From Squalus acanthias (lineage: Eukaryota), in the NCBI GenBank assembly GCA_030390025.1, contig JASTWF010000360.1, positions 186,001 through 250,000 of the forward strand: a stretch of 64,000 nt of DNA, given 5' to 3'. Below the pieces are notes generated by a model that saw only the letters and a list, made by a program, of their open reading frames with translations, did not search any database and was not told the DNA's origin. Below, piece after piece: positions 12,638 through 25,897 of this stretch; position 1 is the stretch's first letter; each line of letters starts with the position of its first letter. The position numbers and the translations under genes were made by a program.

Positions 12638-12944
12638 AGTCAGTTGAGGCCAGGACCAGATCAGCCATGATCTTATTGACTGGCGGAGCAGGCTCGAGGG
12701 GCCAAATGGCCGACTCCTGCTCCTATTTCTTCTGTTCTTAGGATTTCCCTGGCGTCTCCAGAAATTGAAGATTAATCTCCATTGCGAATGGCTTCCCTCT
12801 CCTCAGGCACCGCCCCACTCCCCTTTAACACCACCGTTATCACTCTCCTTCTCAAAAAAGGCCCACCATGTCCCTTCCAGGCTTGCCTCCTTCGGCCCTT
12901 GAGGATCAGCCAGTTTGTAGGAGGCTGTAGATAAAATCAGACCT

Positions 12945-13233
12945 AAGAACACAGGAAATAGGAGCAGGAGTTGGACAACAAGCCCCTCGAGCCTGCTCCG
13001 CCATTCAATAAGATCATGGCTGATCTTCGACCTCAACTCCACTTTCCCGCCCTTATCCGCATATCCCTTGATTCCCCTAGAGTCCAAAAATCTATCGATC
13101 TCTGTCTTGAATATACCCAACGACTGAGCCTCCACAGCCCTCTGGGGTAGAGAATTCCAAAGATTCACCACCCTCTGGGTGAAGGAATTTCTCCTCATCT
13201 CAGTCCCCAATGGGCGACCCCCCTATCCTGAGA
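12945..13233 (-). mobile_element. CR1 3' end
   Basis: FTQRVVNLWNSLP motif and CR1 3' UTR. Confidence 0.9.
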
Positions 13234-13237
13234 CCAA

Positions 13238-14425
13238 GAGCGAGAAATTCATGTATTACCGTCACTCCGTAGCACCATGAAATGGTGATAAAATGGCGGC
13301 TGCCGCTCTTTAGCCAGCTGGTGGTGGGTCCCGTGGCGGCCGCCATATTGCGCTCCCACTCTGTGCTGCCGGTAACTGGCAGCGCCCTGTAAAAGAAAAT
13401 GGTGGCGTGGTGACGTCTATCGGCATACAACGCCGACTTAACGTCATCAACGCGAACTCCGACACTAGCGCTGAATTCAGCGCTGGGTCCTAAGCACGCC
13501 AGGTTAACCCAGCGCGCAAGCAGGCTGACACTGGCGATGTATGCAGCTCTTAAAGGGACACACACATCATTCAGGTATGTTTGGATTGAAGGGTTCACCC
13601 TTGATTTTTTAAATTTTATTGAAGTGGTGGCTTGCTGCAATAGATGTGAAAAGTTTTTATAAGTGTGTAGGGAGTGCTGCTGGACGCTTGCAAGGGCTCG
13701 GATGGTAAATGAAGGCCTCTGAGAAGACAGAACATGCTGCGAATACTCAGCAGGTCAGGCAACATCCGTGGAGAGAGAAACAGAGTGCACGTCTCAGGTC
13801 GACATGCTGCCTGACCAACTGAGTATTTCCAGTATTTTACGCTGTCGTTTCATATTTACAGCATCCGCTTGCAGAGGGAAGAGGAAGATGCAGAAGAAGA
13901 CGCAGAAGAGGAGGAATTGGAAGGAAGGATGCATCCCAGATAGCCCCTTTGTGGCCGGGATATCCAGGGTGAAATCATCCGCCTGCAGTCCCACTGGCTG
14001 GGCAGGCTGCCTTTTCTTGTTGGCCCACTGGCTGGGCAGGCTGCATTTCTTGGGTGTGTGAAATGAGGAAGGCACAAGGGTGCAGTTGTGCTGACGGGAG
14101 GGTGGGAAGGCAAGAGGTGCATGCCAGAAGGAGGATAACGTACGAGGATACCCGCATCTTGTATCCTTTCAGCCCCGCCACTGGCCAAGGGCTCAACCAA
14201 GCCCCTGCCAAGAATGGCCAGCACCGTCTCCTCCAAGGGGGTGAGGTGAGGCTAGGAATGGGAGATGTGCCTCGTGATTGGTGCAGATTGTTGGTAGGTG
14301 AGTGATTTGTGTTGTGTATTGAGCAGTGTGTGAGGCTAGTGGTGCTTTTTGAAGATGCATTCACTGACCTTGACCAATGGTCTGAGGTCACGAAGCTTCT
14401 TTGGGCACTGGAGCCAGGTGGTAGA
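13238..14425 (-). mobile_element. Degraded PIF/Harbinger fragment with Myb/SANT gene relics; small Penelope hairpin insert at about 13725-13865
   Basis: TWLQCPKKLRDLRPLVK followed by GTCAGT, and MEETVLAILG, resemble exons 1 and 2 of the Myb gene at 39651; TIR-like GAGCGAGAAATTC at the left end. Confidence 0.55.
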
Positions 14426-15105
14426 TAGAATCATAGAAGAATCATAGAAAGTTACCGCACGGAAGGAGGCCATTTCGGCCCATCGTGTCCGCGCCGGCCA
14501 ACAAAGAGCTATCCAGCCTAATCCCACTTCCCAGCTCTTGATCCGTAGCCCTGCAGGTTACAGCATCCCAAGGGCACATCCAAATACTTCTTAAATGTGG
14601 TTAGGGTTCCTGCCTCTACCACCCTTTCAGGCAGTGAGTTCCAGACCCCCACAACCCTCTGGGTGAAGAAATTTCCCCTCAAATCCCCTCTAAACCTTCC
14701 CCCAATTACTTTAAATCTGTGCCCCCTGGTTTTTTGACCCCTCTGCTAAGGGAAATAGGTCCTTTCTATCCACTTTATCTATGCCCCTCATAATTTTATA
14801 CACCTGAATAAGGTCTCCCCTCAGCCTCCTCTGTTCCAAGGAAAACAGACCCAGCCTATCCAATCTTTCCTCATAGCTAAAATTCTCTACTCCCGGCAAC
14901 ATCCTTGTAAATCTCCTCTGTACCCTCTCTAGTGCAATCACATCTTTCCTGTAATGTGGTGACCAGAACTGCACGCAGTACTCCAGCTGAGGCCTAACTA
15001 GTGTTTTATACAGTTGAAGCATAACCCCCCTGCTCTTGTATTCTATGCCACGGCTAATAAAGGCAAGCATTCCGTATGCCTTCTTAGCCACCTTATCTAC
15101 TTGAT
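14425..15105 (-). mobile_element. CR1 3' portion
   Basis: [13 protein letters not shown]; (TTCTATGA)n tail. Confidence 0.92.
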
Positions 15106-16330
15106 TATTGCCCTGATGGCTACACAAGTTATTTAGAACGTGCCTTACTAACCAAATCCTGTGACCGTAATTACCCGTTGATTATTAAAATAAATGAGAT
15201 GTCCTGGGCTGCTGCTCATGTCAGGTTCGGGTTTAATAAGGTCAGGAGCATTATACCACGTAATGCACAATATTCTAAAGTGCAGCAATTGCTGTGCCCT
15301 CCTCAGATCAATTAGTGGATACAGGAGTTCTCCCCGGTGTCCTGGCCAATATTTATCCCTTACCCAACACCACCAAAGCATTATCTGGTCATTATCACAT
15401 TGCTGTATGTGGGAGGTTGCTGTGCGCAAATAGGCTGCTGCGTTTCCTACATTACAACAGTGACTACACTTCAAAAGTAGTGGTGGGGGCAACCGTGCTG
15501 TCAGTGACGGCCTGAGTGATGTACTCCTACATCGTTCTTTCTGGAGGGCCTCCTGGCCCCTGTGGGTAGAGGCTCCACTCTTGCGGTGTTGACCCCCTGC
15601 ACAAAACTGGAGTGCTGCGTGTGAGACCCTGGGTGCCCCTTCCCTGGCTTGCTGAGCCATTGGTGTGAGTGCTGAGGCAGTTTTCCCATTTGTTGAGGTT
15701 AGGAAGGTAATTCAGCTTGAACAGCTGAATGTTCACATTTGGAACTTCTTTTAAATGTTGAATACTTCTTAAAAGGCAGAAAGGGCTGAAAAATGTATTG
15801 ATTCAATGCATTTTATTTTGTACTGTTTCAGTGTGCATGGCCCCTTTAATTCTCAGGCCTCTTCATTGCCCACAATTCAATGCGAATGCCACAGCCTCAC
15901 TCCCAGAGGCTGTGGGAAGCTGCAACGCCAGACCTGGACAGGAACTTTGTCCCGATCCCTCCAGCAACGCCACCAGGACAACATTGCACGGAAGGTGAGC
16001 GCTGTGCCACCTATCTCCACGCCCCCAGACCAATTTCACTCGCTTAGCGTTGCGGCCATTTCCAGCGACCATTAACTGCAGTTGTCGGGGACACTGGCAG
16101 CTTTGCTGTCGAAGACTAATTTTTTCCCCTATTTCCCCAAGTTCTCGACTCTCCAGCCAGGGGAAATAGCCTCTCAGCATCTACCCTGCAAGAATTTTAC
16201 AAGTTTCAATGAGATCACCTCCCATTCTTCTAAACTCCAGAGTAAATCGACTCATTCTATTCAAACTCATCTCATAGGACAACCCTCTCATCCCAGGAAT
16301 CAATCTACAAGGTTGCCATCCTTTCCGTGG

Positions 16331-16976
16331 TGATGGGTAAGGGTGCAGGGGTGTAAGGGTGAAGTGGGATGTGGAGGAGGAGGTTGACAAAGCAGAGTGC
16401 TGGTGATGAGAGGCGATGGGGATCAGATTGAGGCTGATGGGAATGTAATACTCACTTTTCCTGTGCGGAGAAGGTCATGAAACCTCTTTCTGCATTGCAG
16501 CCAGTTTCTGCTGCACATAGAAATAGCATTGACCTCCTGTGCCACTTGCAGCCACACAGCTTTAGTCTGTTGTGGAGGCTTTTTCCTCCCTGAGGAAGGA
16601 AAGAGCACCTCCTTATTTGCTCTTGCTCCCTCCACCAGAGCTTGGAGGGAGGCCTCATCGAATCTGGGTGCACACTTTGGTCTGGTGCTGAACATACTTG
16701 CAGAAGGAATCCCTCAGAAGAATGGTCATAAAGTTGTAAGGCTGAAAAAGAAGCAAGGCTGCTTGCAGGCCTTAAATCCAGCTGCATAGATGACGTCATC
16801 GGAGGCGAGTTTCTGTCTGAAAAGGCTCATTGGGCCAGGGGTTCCCACAGGCTGGAAATCAAGTGCCCAATTCGGGGAAAATCGGCCAATTGTCACGAAT
16901 CACATCGGAGGCGGGGTCGTGAACCGCCGATCACCTGACAAGCACTCAGCCCGCCCCCATTGACAAAATCCAGCCC
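16331..16976 (-). mobile_element. Harbinger fragment: terminal repeat plus Myb/SANT exon 1; near-identical to 39369-40012
   Basis: ORF 16423-16695 is nearly identical to 39651-39923; TIR CAAAATCCAGCCC ends at 16976. Confidence 0.88.
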
Positions 16977-17031
16977 ATTGATGTAGATTGTGAATAGCTG
17001 AGGCCCAAGCACTGATCCTTACAGAGTCTTA

Positions 17032-18440
17032 GGGGGCGATTTTCCCAGCCCCCAGGAGGCGGGTTTCGAGGTGGGACAGTTGGCAAAATGGCAAAAACTG
17101 AGGGCGGGTTCGGAACCCGCCTCCAACCCGCCTCCGCGCAATTTTGCCGGAGGCGGGTTTGATGGGTGCGATTCGGTCCCGCCTCCATCAGTCGGGAGAG
17201 GTAGTTAAGACCCTTAAATAGTCGTTAAGGGCCTCTATAATTTACCACATTTTCAGCGTGTAGCACAACCCTCCTAAACCATGCCAGCTAATCCTGGCAG
17301 GTTGACAAGTGGGTGGCCTCCTCACAGCTGCAGCTCCACCATTGAAACGGAGCTTTCATCAGGGAGCAGTTGCAGGTGGCAGACCTTTTGTTCCAAAGGT
17401 CTTTCAGCACTTTTAGCAGGCCGACCGAAGTCGGAGGTTCTGCAGCTTCCACCTCTCAACTGTGGGACCTCCTTGGAAGACCCTCTCCCCGCTTGGACTG
17501 AGCGCTTCCCCAACGGAGGTATCTGCCAGCAGCATGGGAACCATTTATTTCCTTTCATCGTGGACCTCAGGTGAGGATGAGGAGCATCCACGGCAGCAGC
17601 AGAACCAGGCAGCTCAGCAGCAAAAGCAGCAGGAGCCCCAACCTCCTGCTCACCCACCTGATGCTGCACAGGGGAGAAGGCGCCAGCGCATGGAAGCACA
17701 TCGTGCAAGGAATGCACTCATCCTGGCCAGATTTGCATAGGTTGCCCATTGTGGCACATGTGCTTGGCTCCTTCTTAACGCATGATAGACAATGGACAAG
17801 ACTCTCTGGCCTCCTTTCACTCTGACCACAAACCTGACCACACAAGTGTCGCGGAGACCGCAATGTGGAGCTGCCTAAGCCGAAATAACAGACGCCATCA
17901 TGCCAACAGTTTTGCCATCACCTAATTTTAATACATTCCCACAGGGCTGGCATTTCTTCAATAAACAGAAACAATCACCCAATCTGCACACAGACCTGGA
18001 GGTTATATCCCTTGCCAGCTGGACCCACACAGCCTTGGTTTCTTTGGGAGGCCTCTTCCTCCCAGATGAGGGGAAGAGTACCTCCCTGCTAGCTCTCACC
18101 CCCTCAACCAGCATACCCAGCGCCTCATCCGAGAACCTCGGGGAGGCCCTTGCCTTGGAGCTGGCCATTCTTCAAGGAGATAACAGCTTGGAGGTGGTGC
18201 AGCATCGGCCAAAAACCAGTGGAGGAGCCAAGGCAGCAAGCAGCCCTTAAATGAAGCTGGATAAGTGACGTCAGCAGAGGCGAGTTTCAGTCCCAAAACA
18301 CTAATTGGGCCAGGGGAACCCTCACCTCTGAAATCAACTGGCCAATTAGGGGAAAATAGCAAATTTTTCCCACCTCTCAGTGGAGGCGGGTTTGGAACCC
18401 ACCCAAACCGAAACCTGCCTCCATTGGGAAAATCGCACCC
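17032..18440. mobile_element. Internally deleted PIF/Harbinger element
   Basis: 16-bp TIRs GGGGGCGATTTTCCCA / TGGGAAAATCGCACCC (15/16); Myb/SANT N-terminus on minus (ASPRFSDEALGMLVEGV, from 18168); convergent plus-strand ORF stub, putatively the transposase N-terminus. Confidence 0.85.
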
Positions 18441-18800
18441 ACAGAGTCATAACGGCACAGAAGGAGGCCATTCGGCCCATCGAGTCCGTGCCGGCTCTCT
18501 GTAGAGCAATCCAGTCAGTCCCATTCCCCCGCTCTGTCCCCGTAGCCCTGCAAGTTTATTTCCCTCAAGTGCCTATCCAGTCTCCCCTTGATAACATTGA
18601 GTGTCTCCACTTCCACCACTTCCATCGGCAGCGAGTTCCAGGTCCTCACCACTCGCTGCATAAATAGGTTTTTCCTCACGTCCCCCCTGTATCTCTTGCC
18701 CAAAACCTTAAATCTGTGTCCCCTAGTCCTTGTACCATCAATTAGTGGGAACAGCCTTTCCCCATCTTGCCTATCCAAACCTGTCATCGTCTTGTACATC
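18441..18800 (-). mobile_element. CR1 3' end
   Basis: TRGHRFKVLG...[10 protein letters not shown]. Confidence 0.9.
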
Positions 18801-18802
18801 TC

Positions 18803-19455
18803 AGTACTGAGGAAGCGCTGAGCTGTCGGAGGGGCAGTACTGAGGGAGAGCTGCACTGTCGGAGAGACAGTACTGAGGGATCGCTGCACTGTGTGAGGGG
18901 CAGTACAGAGGGAGAGCTGCACTGTCGGAGGGGCATTACTGAGGGAGCGCAGCACTGTCAGAGGGGCAGTACTGAGGGAGCACTGCCATGTCGGAGGGGC
19001 AGTACTGAGGGAGCGCTGCACTGTCGGAGAGGCAGTACTGAGGGACTGCTGCACTGTCGCAGGGGCAGTACTGAGGGAGCGCTGCACTGTTGGAGGGGGA
19101 GTACTGAGGGAGTGCTGCACTGTCGGAGGGGGAGTACTGAGGGAGAGCTGCACTGTCGGAGGGTCAGTACTGAGGGAGCCCTGCACTGTCGCAGGGGCAG
19201 TACTGAGGGAGGGCTGCACTGTCGGAGGGGCAGTACTTAGGGAGCGCTGCACTGTCGGAGGGGCAGTACTGAGGGAGCGCTGCACTGTCGGGGGGGCAGT
19301 ACTGAGGGAGGGCTGCACTGTCGGAGAGGCAGTACTGATGGAGCGCTGCACTGTCAGAGGGGCAGTACTGAGGGAGTGCTGCACTGTCGGAGGGGCAGTA
19401 CTGATGGAGCGCTGCACTGTCGGAGGGGCAGTACTGAGGGAGCGCTGCACTGTCA
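18803..19455 (+). repeat. 33-bp minisatellite, about 20 copies, derived from a SINE body
   Basis: Unit GTACTGAGGGAGCGCTGCACTGTCGGAGGGGCA; the array runs directly into the remainder of the SINE (19455-19775); the unit occurs once in the SINE copy near 25490-25515. Confidence 0.95.
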
Positions 19456-20394
19456 GGTGCCGTCTTTCGAATGAGACGTTAAACCGAGGCCTCCGTCTGT
19501 CTACTCAGGTGGACGTAAAAGATCCCACGGCCACTAGTGGAAGAAGGGCAGGGTGGGGAGTTCTCCCCAGTGTGCTGGGCCCAACGATTATCCCTCAACC
19601 AATAACATTAAAAAACAGATGATCTGGCCGTTTATCACATTGCTGTTTGTGGGAGCTTGCTGTGCAAAAATTGGCTGCCACGTTTCCAACAGTGACTACA
19701 CTTCAAAAAGTGCTTCATTGGCCGTGAAGCTCTTTGGGATGATCTGTGGTGTTGAAAGACACTGTATAAATCTGAGTTTTTTTTTCTTTTCATTAGCGCC
19801 TAGGGGACTGAACCCCAGCGAGTTGATGGTGACTTCAGAAATAAGTGGGGACAAATGAGTGGGGAAAAAAAATATTAAAGGGAACCTTTGTTTCTCTGGA
19901 ACCCAAGTACAGACAGGAATATTCTTAGTTTAGGTGCAGGTGCCTTGTAAATATTTAACACAGTTTCTGTCAACTCGTGTTATAGATTCCTGAGCTGGTT
20001 TGTGGACAGGTGGCCCAGCCTTTCCCCATTCTTGCCTTCATATTTCCACTCAGCAAACCCTCTTAAAATCTGTCCTGGCGATCCTGTGAAAGTATCCCTA
20101 AGCCATCGGAAATAGTCCGATTTTACATCCACTCTTTCGGCTTTCTGCTGGTGAATGTGTTAGAAGAGGGCTATATGTGTGTGTCTTCTTAGTTATAATT
20201 CACTCCTCAAATCAATGGGGTTCACAACGTTGAACGTCAGACGTCACAGATTTATTAAACATACCATAATTCGACACAGACAAAACAGCAACACTTACGA
20301 CCAAACCTTGCGAGTTTAGTCGGAGGATTTAAACGCGTTTACTGTCCTGAGCTCGCAATACATTTGAGGTGCATCTCCCCTTGTCCCTGATCAG

Positions 20395-22466
20395 TAACAT
20401 GTCCGCTCGGTCACCGAGACTGCCTACTTCCATCTCCGTAACATCGTCCGACTTCGCCCCGCCTCAGGTCATCCGCTGCTGAATCCCTCATCCGTGCCGT
20501 TATTACCTCCAGACTCGACGATTCCGATATCCTCCTGGTCGACTTCCCACTCGCCACCCTCCATAAACTTGAGGTCATCCAAAATTCTGCTGCCCCGTAT
20601 CCTAAATCGCACCAAGTCCGGTTCATCCATCACCCCTGTGTTCCTTGATCTACATTGGCTCGCGGTCTGACAATGCCTTGATTTTAAAATACTCATACTT
20701 GTTTTCAAATCCCTTCATGGCCTGACACCTCCCTATCTCTGTAATCTCCTCCAGGCCCTACAACCCTCCCTATCTCTGTAACCTCCTCCAGCCCTTACAA
20801 CCCTCCCTATTGCTGTAACCTCCTCCAGCCCCTACAACCCTCCCTATCTCTGTAACCTACTCCAGCTCTACAACCCTCCCTATCTCTGTAACCTCCTCCA
20901 GCCCCTACAACCCTCCCTATCTCTGTAACCTCCTCCAGCCCCTACAACCCTCCCTATCTCTGTAACCTCCTCCATCTCTACAACCCTCCCTATCCCTGTC
21001 ACCTCCTCCAGGCCTACAACCCTCCCTGTCTCTGTAACCTCCTCCAGCCCCTACAACCCTCCCTATCAATGTAACCTCCTCCAGCCCCTACAACCCTCCC
21101 TATCTCTGTAACCTCCTCCAGCCCCTACAACCCTCCCTATCTCTGTAACCTCCTCCAGCCCCTACAACCCTCCCTATCTCTGTAACCTCCTCCAGCCCTT
21201 CAACCCTCCCTGTCTCTGTAACCTCCTCCAGCACTACAACCCTCCCTATCTCTGTAACCTCCTCCATCTCTACAACCCTCCCTATCCCTGTCACCTCCTC
21301 CAGGCCTACAACCCTCCCTGTCTCTGTAACCTCCTCCAGCCCCTACAACCCTCCCTATCAATGTAACCTCCTCCAGCCCTACAACCCTCCCTATCTCTGT
21401 AACCTCCTCCAGCCCCTACAACCCTCCCTATCTCTGTAACCTCCTCCAGCCCCTACAACCCTCCCTATCTCTGTAACCTCCTCCAGCCCTTCAACCCTCC
21501 CTGTCTCTGTAACCTGCTCCAGCCCCTACAACCCTCCCTATCAATGTAACCTCCTCCAGCCCCTACAACCCTCCCTATCTCTGTAACCTCCTCCAGCCCC
21601 TACAATTCTCCCTATGTCAGTAACCTCCTCCAGCCCTGCAACCCTCCGAGATCTCTCTAACCTTCTCCAGCCCCTACAACCCTCCCTATCTCTGTAACCT
21701 CCTCCAGCCCTTCAACCCTCCCTGTCTCTGTAACCTCCTCCAGCCCCTACAACCCTCCCTATCTCTGTAACATCCTCCAGCCCTACAACCCTCCCTATCT
21801 CTGTAACCTCCTCCAGCCCTACAACCCTCCCTATCTCTGTAACCTCCTCCAGCCCCTAAAACCTCTGAGATCTCTGTAACCTCCTCCAGCCCCTACAATT
21901 CTCCCTATGTCAGTAACCTCCTCCAGCCCTGCAACCCTCCGAGATCTCTCTAACCTTCTCCAGCCCCTACAACCCTCCCTATCTCTGTAACCTCCTCCAG
22001 CCCTTCAACCCTCCCTGTCTCTGTAACCTCCTCCAGCCCCTACAACCCTCCCTATCTCTGTAACATCCTCCAGCCCTACAACCCTCCCTATCTCTGTAAC
22101 CTCCTCCAGCCCTACAACCCTCCCTATCTCTGTAACCTCCTCCAGCCCCTAAAACCTCTGAGATCTCACGCTCCTCCAATTCTGGCCTCTGGTGCATCCC
22201 CCTATTTTAATCGCTCCACCATTGGCGGCCGTGCCTTCAGCTGTCTGGGCCCCAAGCTCTGGAATTCCCTCCCTAAACCTCTCTGCCTCTATCTCCTCCT
22301 TTAAGAGCCTCCTTAAAACGTGCCCCTTTGACCAAGCTTTTGGTCACCTGCCCTAATATCTCCTTACATGTCTCAGTGTCAGATTTTGTTTGATAATCGC
22401 TCCTGTGAAGCGCCTTGGGACGTTTTACTATGTTAAAGGTGCTATATAAATGCTAGTTGTTGTTGT
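20395..22466 (+). mobile_element. L2-type LINE 3' portion with internal minisatellite
   Basis: ITPVFLDLHWL and GGRAFS..GPKLWNSLP motifs; (GTT)n tail at about 22457. Confidence 0.85.
20728..22165 (+). repeat. 36-37-bp minisatellite, about 39 copies
   Basis: Unit CCCTACAACCCTCCCTATCTCTGTAACCTCCTCCAGC; the sibling LINE at 36758-37190 has a single counterpart. Confidence 0.96.
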
Positions 22467-22574
22467 TTTATTGAGTTCTTTTTCGAGAGAACTCTCTAAC
22501 CTTGTTATCTTATCGATAGTCTCACTTTTCTTACTAGTCTAGCAGGTGAAGCTACTGATTATAAATGCGTACGG

Positions 22575-23280
22575 ACACTGAGAAGTGCAGAAGATCAGAG
22601 AGACCTTGGAGTACATGTCCACAGATCCCTGAAGGTAGATAAGGTGGTTAAGAAGGCATACGGGATACTTGCCTTTATTAGCCAAGGCACAGAATATAAG
22701 AGCAGGGAGGTTATGCTTGAAATGTATAAAACACTAGTTAGGCCGCAGCTGGAATACTGCGTGCAGTTCTGGTCACCACATTACAGGAAGGATGTGATGG
22801 CACTAGAGAGGGTGCAGAGGAGATTTACGAAGATGTTGCCTGGACTGGGGAATCTTAGCTATGAGGAAAGACTGGATAGGCTGGGTCTGTTTTCTTTGGA
22901 ACAGAGGAGGCTGAGGGGAGACCTTATTGAGGTGTATAAAATTATGAGGTGCCTCGATAGAGTGGATAGGAAGGACCGATTTCCCTTAGCAGAAGGGTCA
23001 ATTACCAGGGGGCATAGATTGAAAGTAATTGGTAGGAGGTTTAGAGGGGAATTGAGGAGAAATCTTTTCACCCAGAGGGCGGTGGGGGTCTGGAACTCAC
23101 TGCCTGAAAGGGTGGTAGAGGCAGAGACCCTCGTCACATTTAAAAAGTACTTGGATATGCTCTTGAAGTGCCGTAACCTGCAGGGCTACGGACCAAGAGC
23201 TGGAAAGTGGGATTAGGGCAGATAGCTCTTTGTCGGCCGGCATTGACAAGGTGGCCCGAAATATCTATGATTCTATGATA
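22575..23280 (+). mobile_element. CR1 3' portion
   Basis: ORF 22644-23216 is the CR1 ORF2 C-terminus. Confidence 0.93.
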
Positions 23281-23559
23281 CGATACGGTTCCCTACCAAT
23301 CTCCTGCCTCTGAACTGGTGATGCATTCGCAGATGTTTCCCTTTTGCAGAACATGTTAGCAACTGATTAAAGTTCTCTGCAGCTTGCAAGGGAACGTCTT
23401 TTCATCAGGTCTACTGTCTGAACTGACCGTTGCTTTAAGGTCAACCAGAGTTCAGCAGTTCAGAGGTCACCGCACCTAAATTGACTTGTATTTCCCCATT
23501 TAACAGGCCAAAGGTAAAGGCTACTGTTACTACGTCATGAAGAGCAATCAGTAGCAGTA

Positions 23560-24000
23560 TACACTGCATTAGCTGCTCACGATGCACTCTCCTCTACATT
23601 GGGGAGACCAAACGCAGATTGGGTGACCGCTTTGAGGAACGCCTCCGTTCAGTCCGCAAGGGTGACCCCGAGCTTCCGGTCACCTGTCACTTTAATTCTC
23701 CGCTCCACTCCCACTCTGACCTCTCCGTCCTCGGCCTCTCACACTGTTCCAACGAAACTCAGCGTAAGCTCGAGGAACAGCACCTCATCTTTCGATTCGG
23801 CACTTTACAGCCTTCTGGGCTCAACATCGAGTTCAACAATTTCAGACTACAACCCCTGCCCCTATTTTTTCACATGGCAGCTGTTGATGATTCTGCCATC
23901 CCCATTTGCAACATTTAATCTCTCCTGCCTTCCACCCTATCAGAGACCGTCCCTTCTATTCTTTCCTCCCCTCCCCTCTACCTCTGCACCTGCTTATAAC
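23560..24000 (+). mobile_element. Penelope-like element fragment (second family), GIY-YIG endonuclease
   Basis: LYIGETKRRLGDRFEE...HFNS...EQHLIFRFGTLQPSGLN. Confidence 0.85.
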
Positions 24001-24004
24001 TTTT

Positions 24005-24912
24005 TTTATTCGTTTGTGGGATGTGGGCGTCACTGGCAAGGCCAGCATTTATTGCTCATCCCTAATTGCCCTTGAGAAGGTGGTGGTGAGCCGCCTTCTT
24101 GAACCGCTGCAGTCCGTGCGGTGAAGGTACTCCCACAGTGCTGTTAGGGAGGGAGTTCCAGGATTTTGACCCAGCGATGATAAAGAGAAGGCTGAGGGGG
24201 GACCTGATTGCGGTGTACAAAATTATGAGGGGCATAGATAGGGTAGATAGTAAGGAACTTTTCCCCTTAGTAGAGGGGCCAATAACCAAGGGGCATAGTT
24301 TCAAGGTAAGGGGCAGGAGGTTTAGAGGGGATTTGAGGAAAAACTTTTTCACCCAGAGGGTGGTTGGAATCCGGAACTCACTGCCTGAAAGGGTGGTAGA
24401 GGCAGGAACCCTCACAACATTCAAGAAGCATTTAGATGAGATCTTGAAACGCCATAGCATACAAGGCTACAGACCAAGTGCTGGAAAATAGGATTAGAAT
24501 AGACAGGGCTTGATGGCCGGCGCAGACACAATGGGCCGAAGGGCCTCTTTCTGTGCTGTATGACTCTATGACTCTAAGGAATGGCCGATATATTTCCAAG
24601 TCAGGATGGTGTGTGACTTGGAGGGGAACTTGGAGGTGGTGGTGTTCCCATGCGCCTGCTGCCCTTGTCCTTCTAGGTGGAAGAGTTCGCGTGTTTGGGA
24701 GGTGCTGCCGAAGAAGCCTTGGCGAGTTGCTGCAGTGCATCTTGTAGATGGTGCACACTGCAGCCACGCTACGCCGGTGGTGGAGGGAGTGAATGTTTAA
24801 GGTGGTGGATGGGGTGCCAATCAAGCGGGCTGCTTTGTCCTGGATGGTTTCGAGCTTCTTGAGTGTTGTTGGAGCTGCAACTCATCCAGGCTAGTGGAGA
24901 GTATTCCATCAC
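24005..24912 (-). mobile_element. Non-LTR retrotransposon (second LINE family) 3' end with a nested plus-strand CR1 (about 24182-24575)
   Basis: Same family as 42530-43325 and 59225-60070 (HSLHHRRTVAAVCTIYKMHC). Confidence 0.85.
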
Positions 24913-25170
24913 TTAAAATGACAACTCCGGTTCCTGGGTCCGGGTTGGCTGCCCGCCCCTGGTCCGGCCTCAGTAAAACCCGGAGGCTGGCAGGTTGGAG
25001 CCAGCCTCCCGACACGCTCTGACTTTTTACTCCTTTAACCGCACCCACCCGCACCTAGTCCCACCCACTCACCCAGGTTAAAATTATCCCCCAAAGTGTA
25101 GGGATCTGGTGTCCAAATTTTGTCTGATTTACGCTCCTGTGAAGCACGTTGGGACATTTTACTATGTTAA

Positions 25171-25628
25171 AGAAAGAAAGCCTTGCATTTATATAGCGCC
25201 TTTCACGACCACTGGACGTCTCAAAGCGCTTTGCAGCTAATGAAGTACTTTTTGGAGTGGAGTCACTGTTGTAATGTGGGAAACGCGGCAGCCAATTTGT
25301 GCACAGCAAGCTCCCACAAACAGCAATGTGATAATGATCAGAACATCTGTTTTTGTTATGTTGGTTGAGGGATAAATATTGGCCAGGACACCGGGGAGAA
25401 CTCCCCTGCTCTTCTTCGAAATAGTGGCCACGGGACCTTTTACGTCCACCTGAGAGGGCAGACGGGGTCTCATCCGAAAGACGGCACCTCTGACAGTGCA
25501 GCACTCCCTCAGCACTGCACTGGAGAGTCAGCCTAGCTTTATATGCTCAAGTCCCTAGAGTGGGACTTGAACCCACAACCTTCTGACTCAGAGGCGAGTG
25601 TGCTACCCACTGAGCCACAGCTGACACT
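25171..25628 (-). mobile_element. Full-length tRNA-derived SINE (SacSINE1/DeuSINE-like)
   Basis: A and B boxes at the right end on minus; (TTTC)n tail. Confidence 0.88.
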
Positions 25629-25897
25629 GTATCAATAAAGGTGCTAAAGAAATGCAAATTGTTGGCGTTGATATCTCCAGGGAGGAATATCAGAGGTAAC
25701 AGTAAGTGTACAGTTCACGGGAGTGGAGGCAGGTTGTTTTCAGTTGAATGTTGGTATGAACTACACTCAACGTTTCTCCGTATCGCAAACCCTTCCTTGA
25801 TGCCCAGTATGCCAGTCACTTTCTTCAGTTTGTCAGCTTGATAACTATTAAACGATGTCGTTGCTCTTCCAGCACATGTACGGGTTCTTCACTCATC

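Larger units (their letters stand above)
10213..12740 (+). mobile_element. CR1 LINE 3' portion interrupted by an antisense CR1 and a SINE
   Basis: FADDTK...[11 protein letters not shown] at 10213-11035; homology resumes at about 12130-12210 and 12640-12740. Confidence 0.88.

Noticed and set aside
18515..19450. Mucin-like 311-aa ORF (STAPPTVQ repeats)
   Set aside because: Antisense translation of a 33-bp array fused to a CR1 fragment.
20130..20148. ISRE-like GAAAGCCGAAAG on the minus strand in a non-repeat island
   Set aside because: Three-base spacer, single copy and no linked transcription start; could be chance.
25540..25628. tRNA gene
   Set aside because: SINE head attached to a SINE body; no complete cloverleaf evident.
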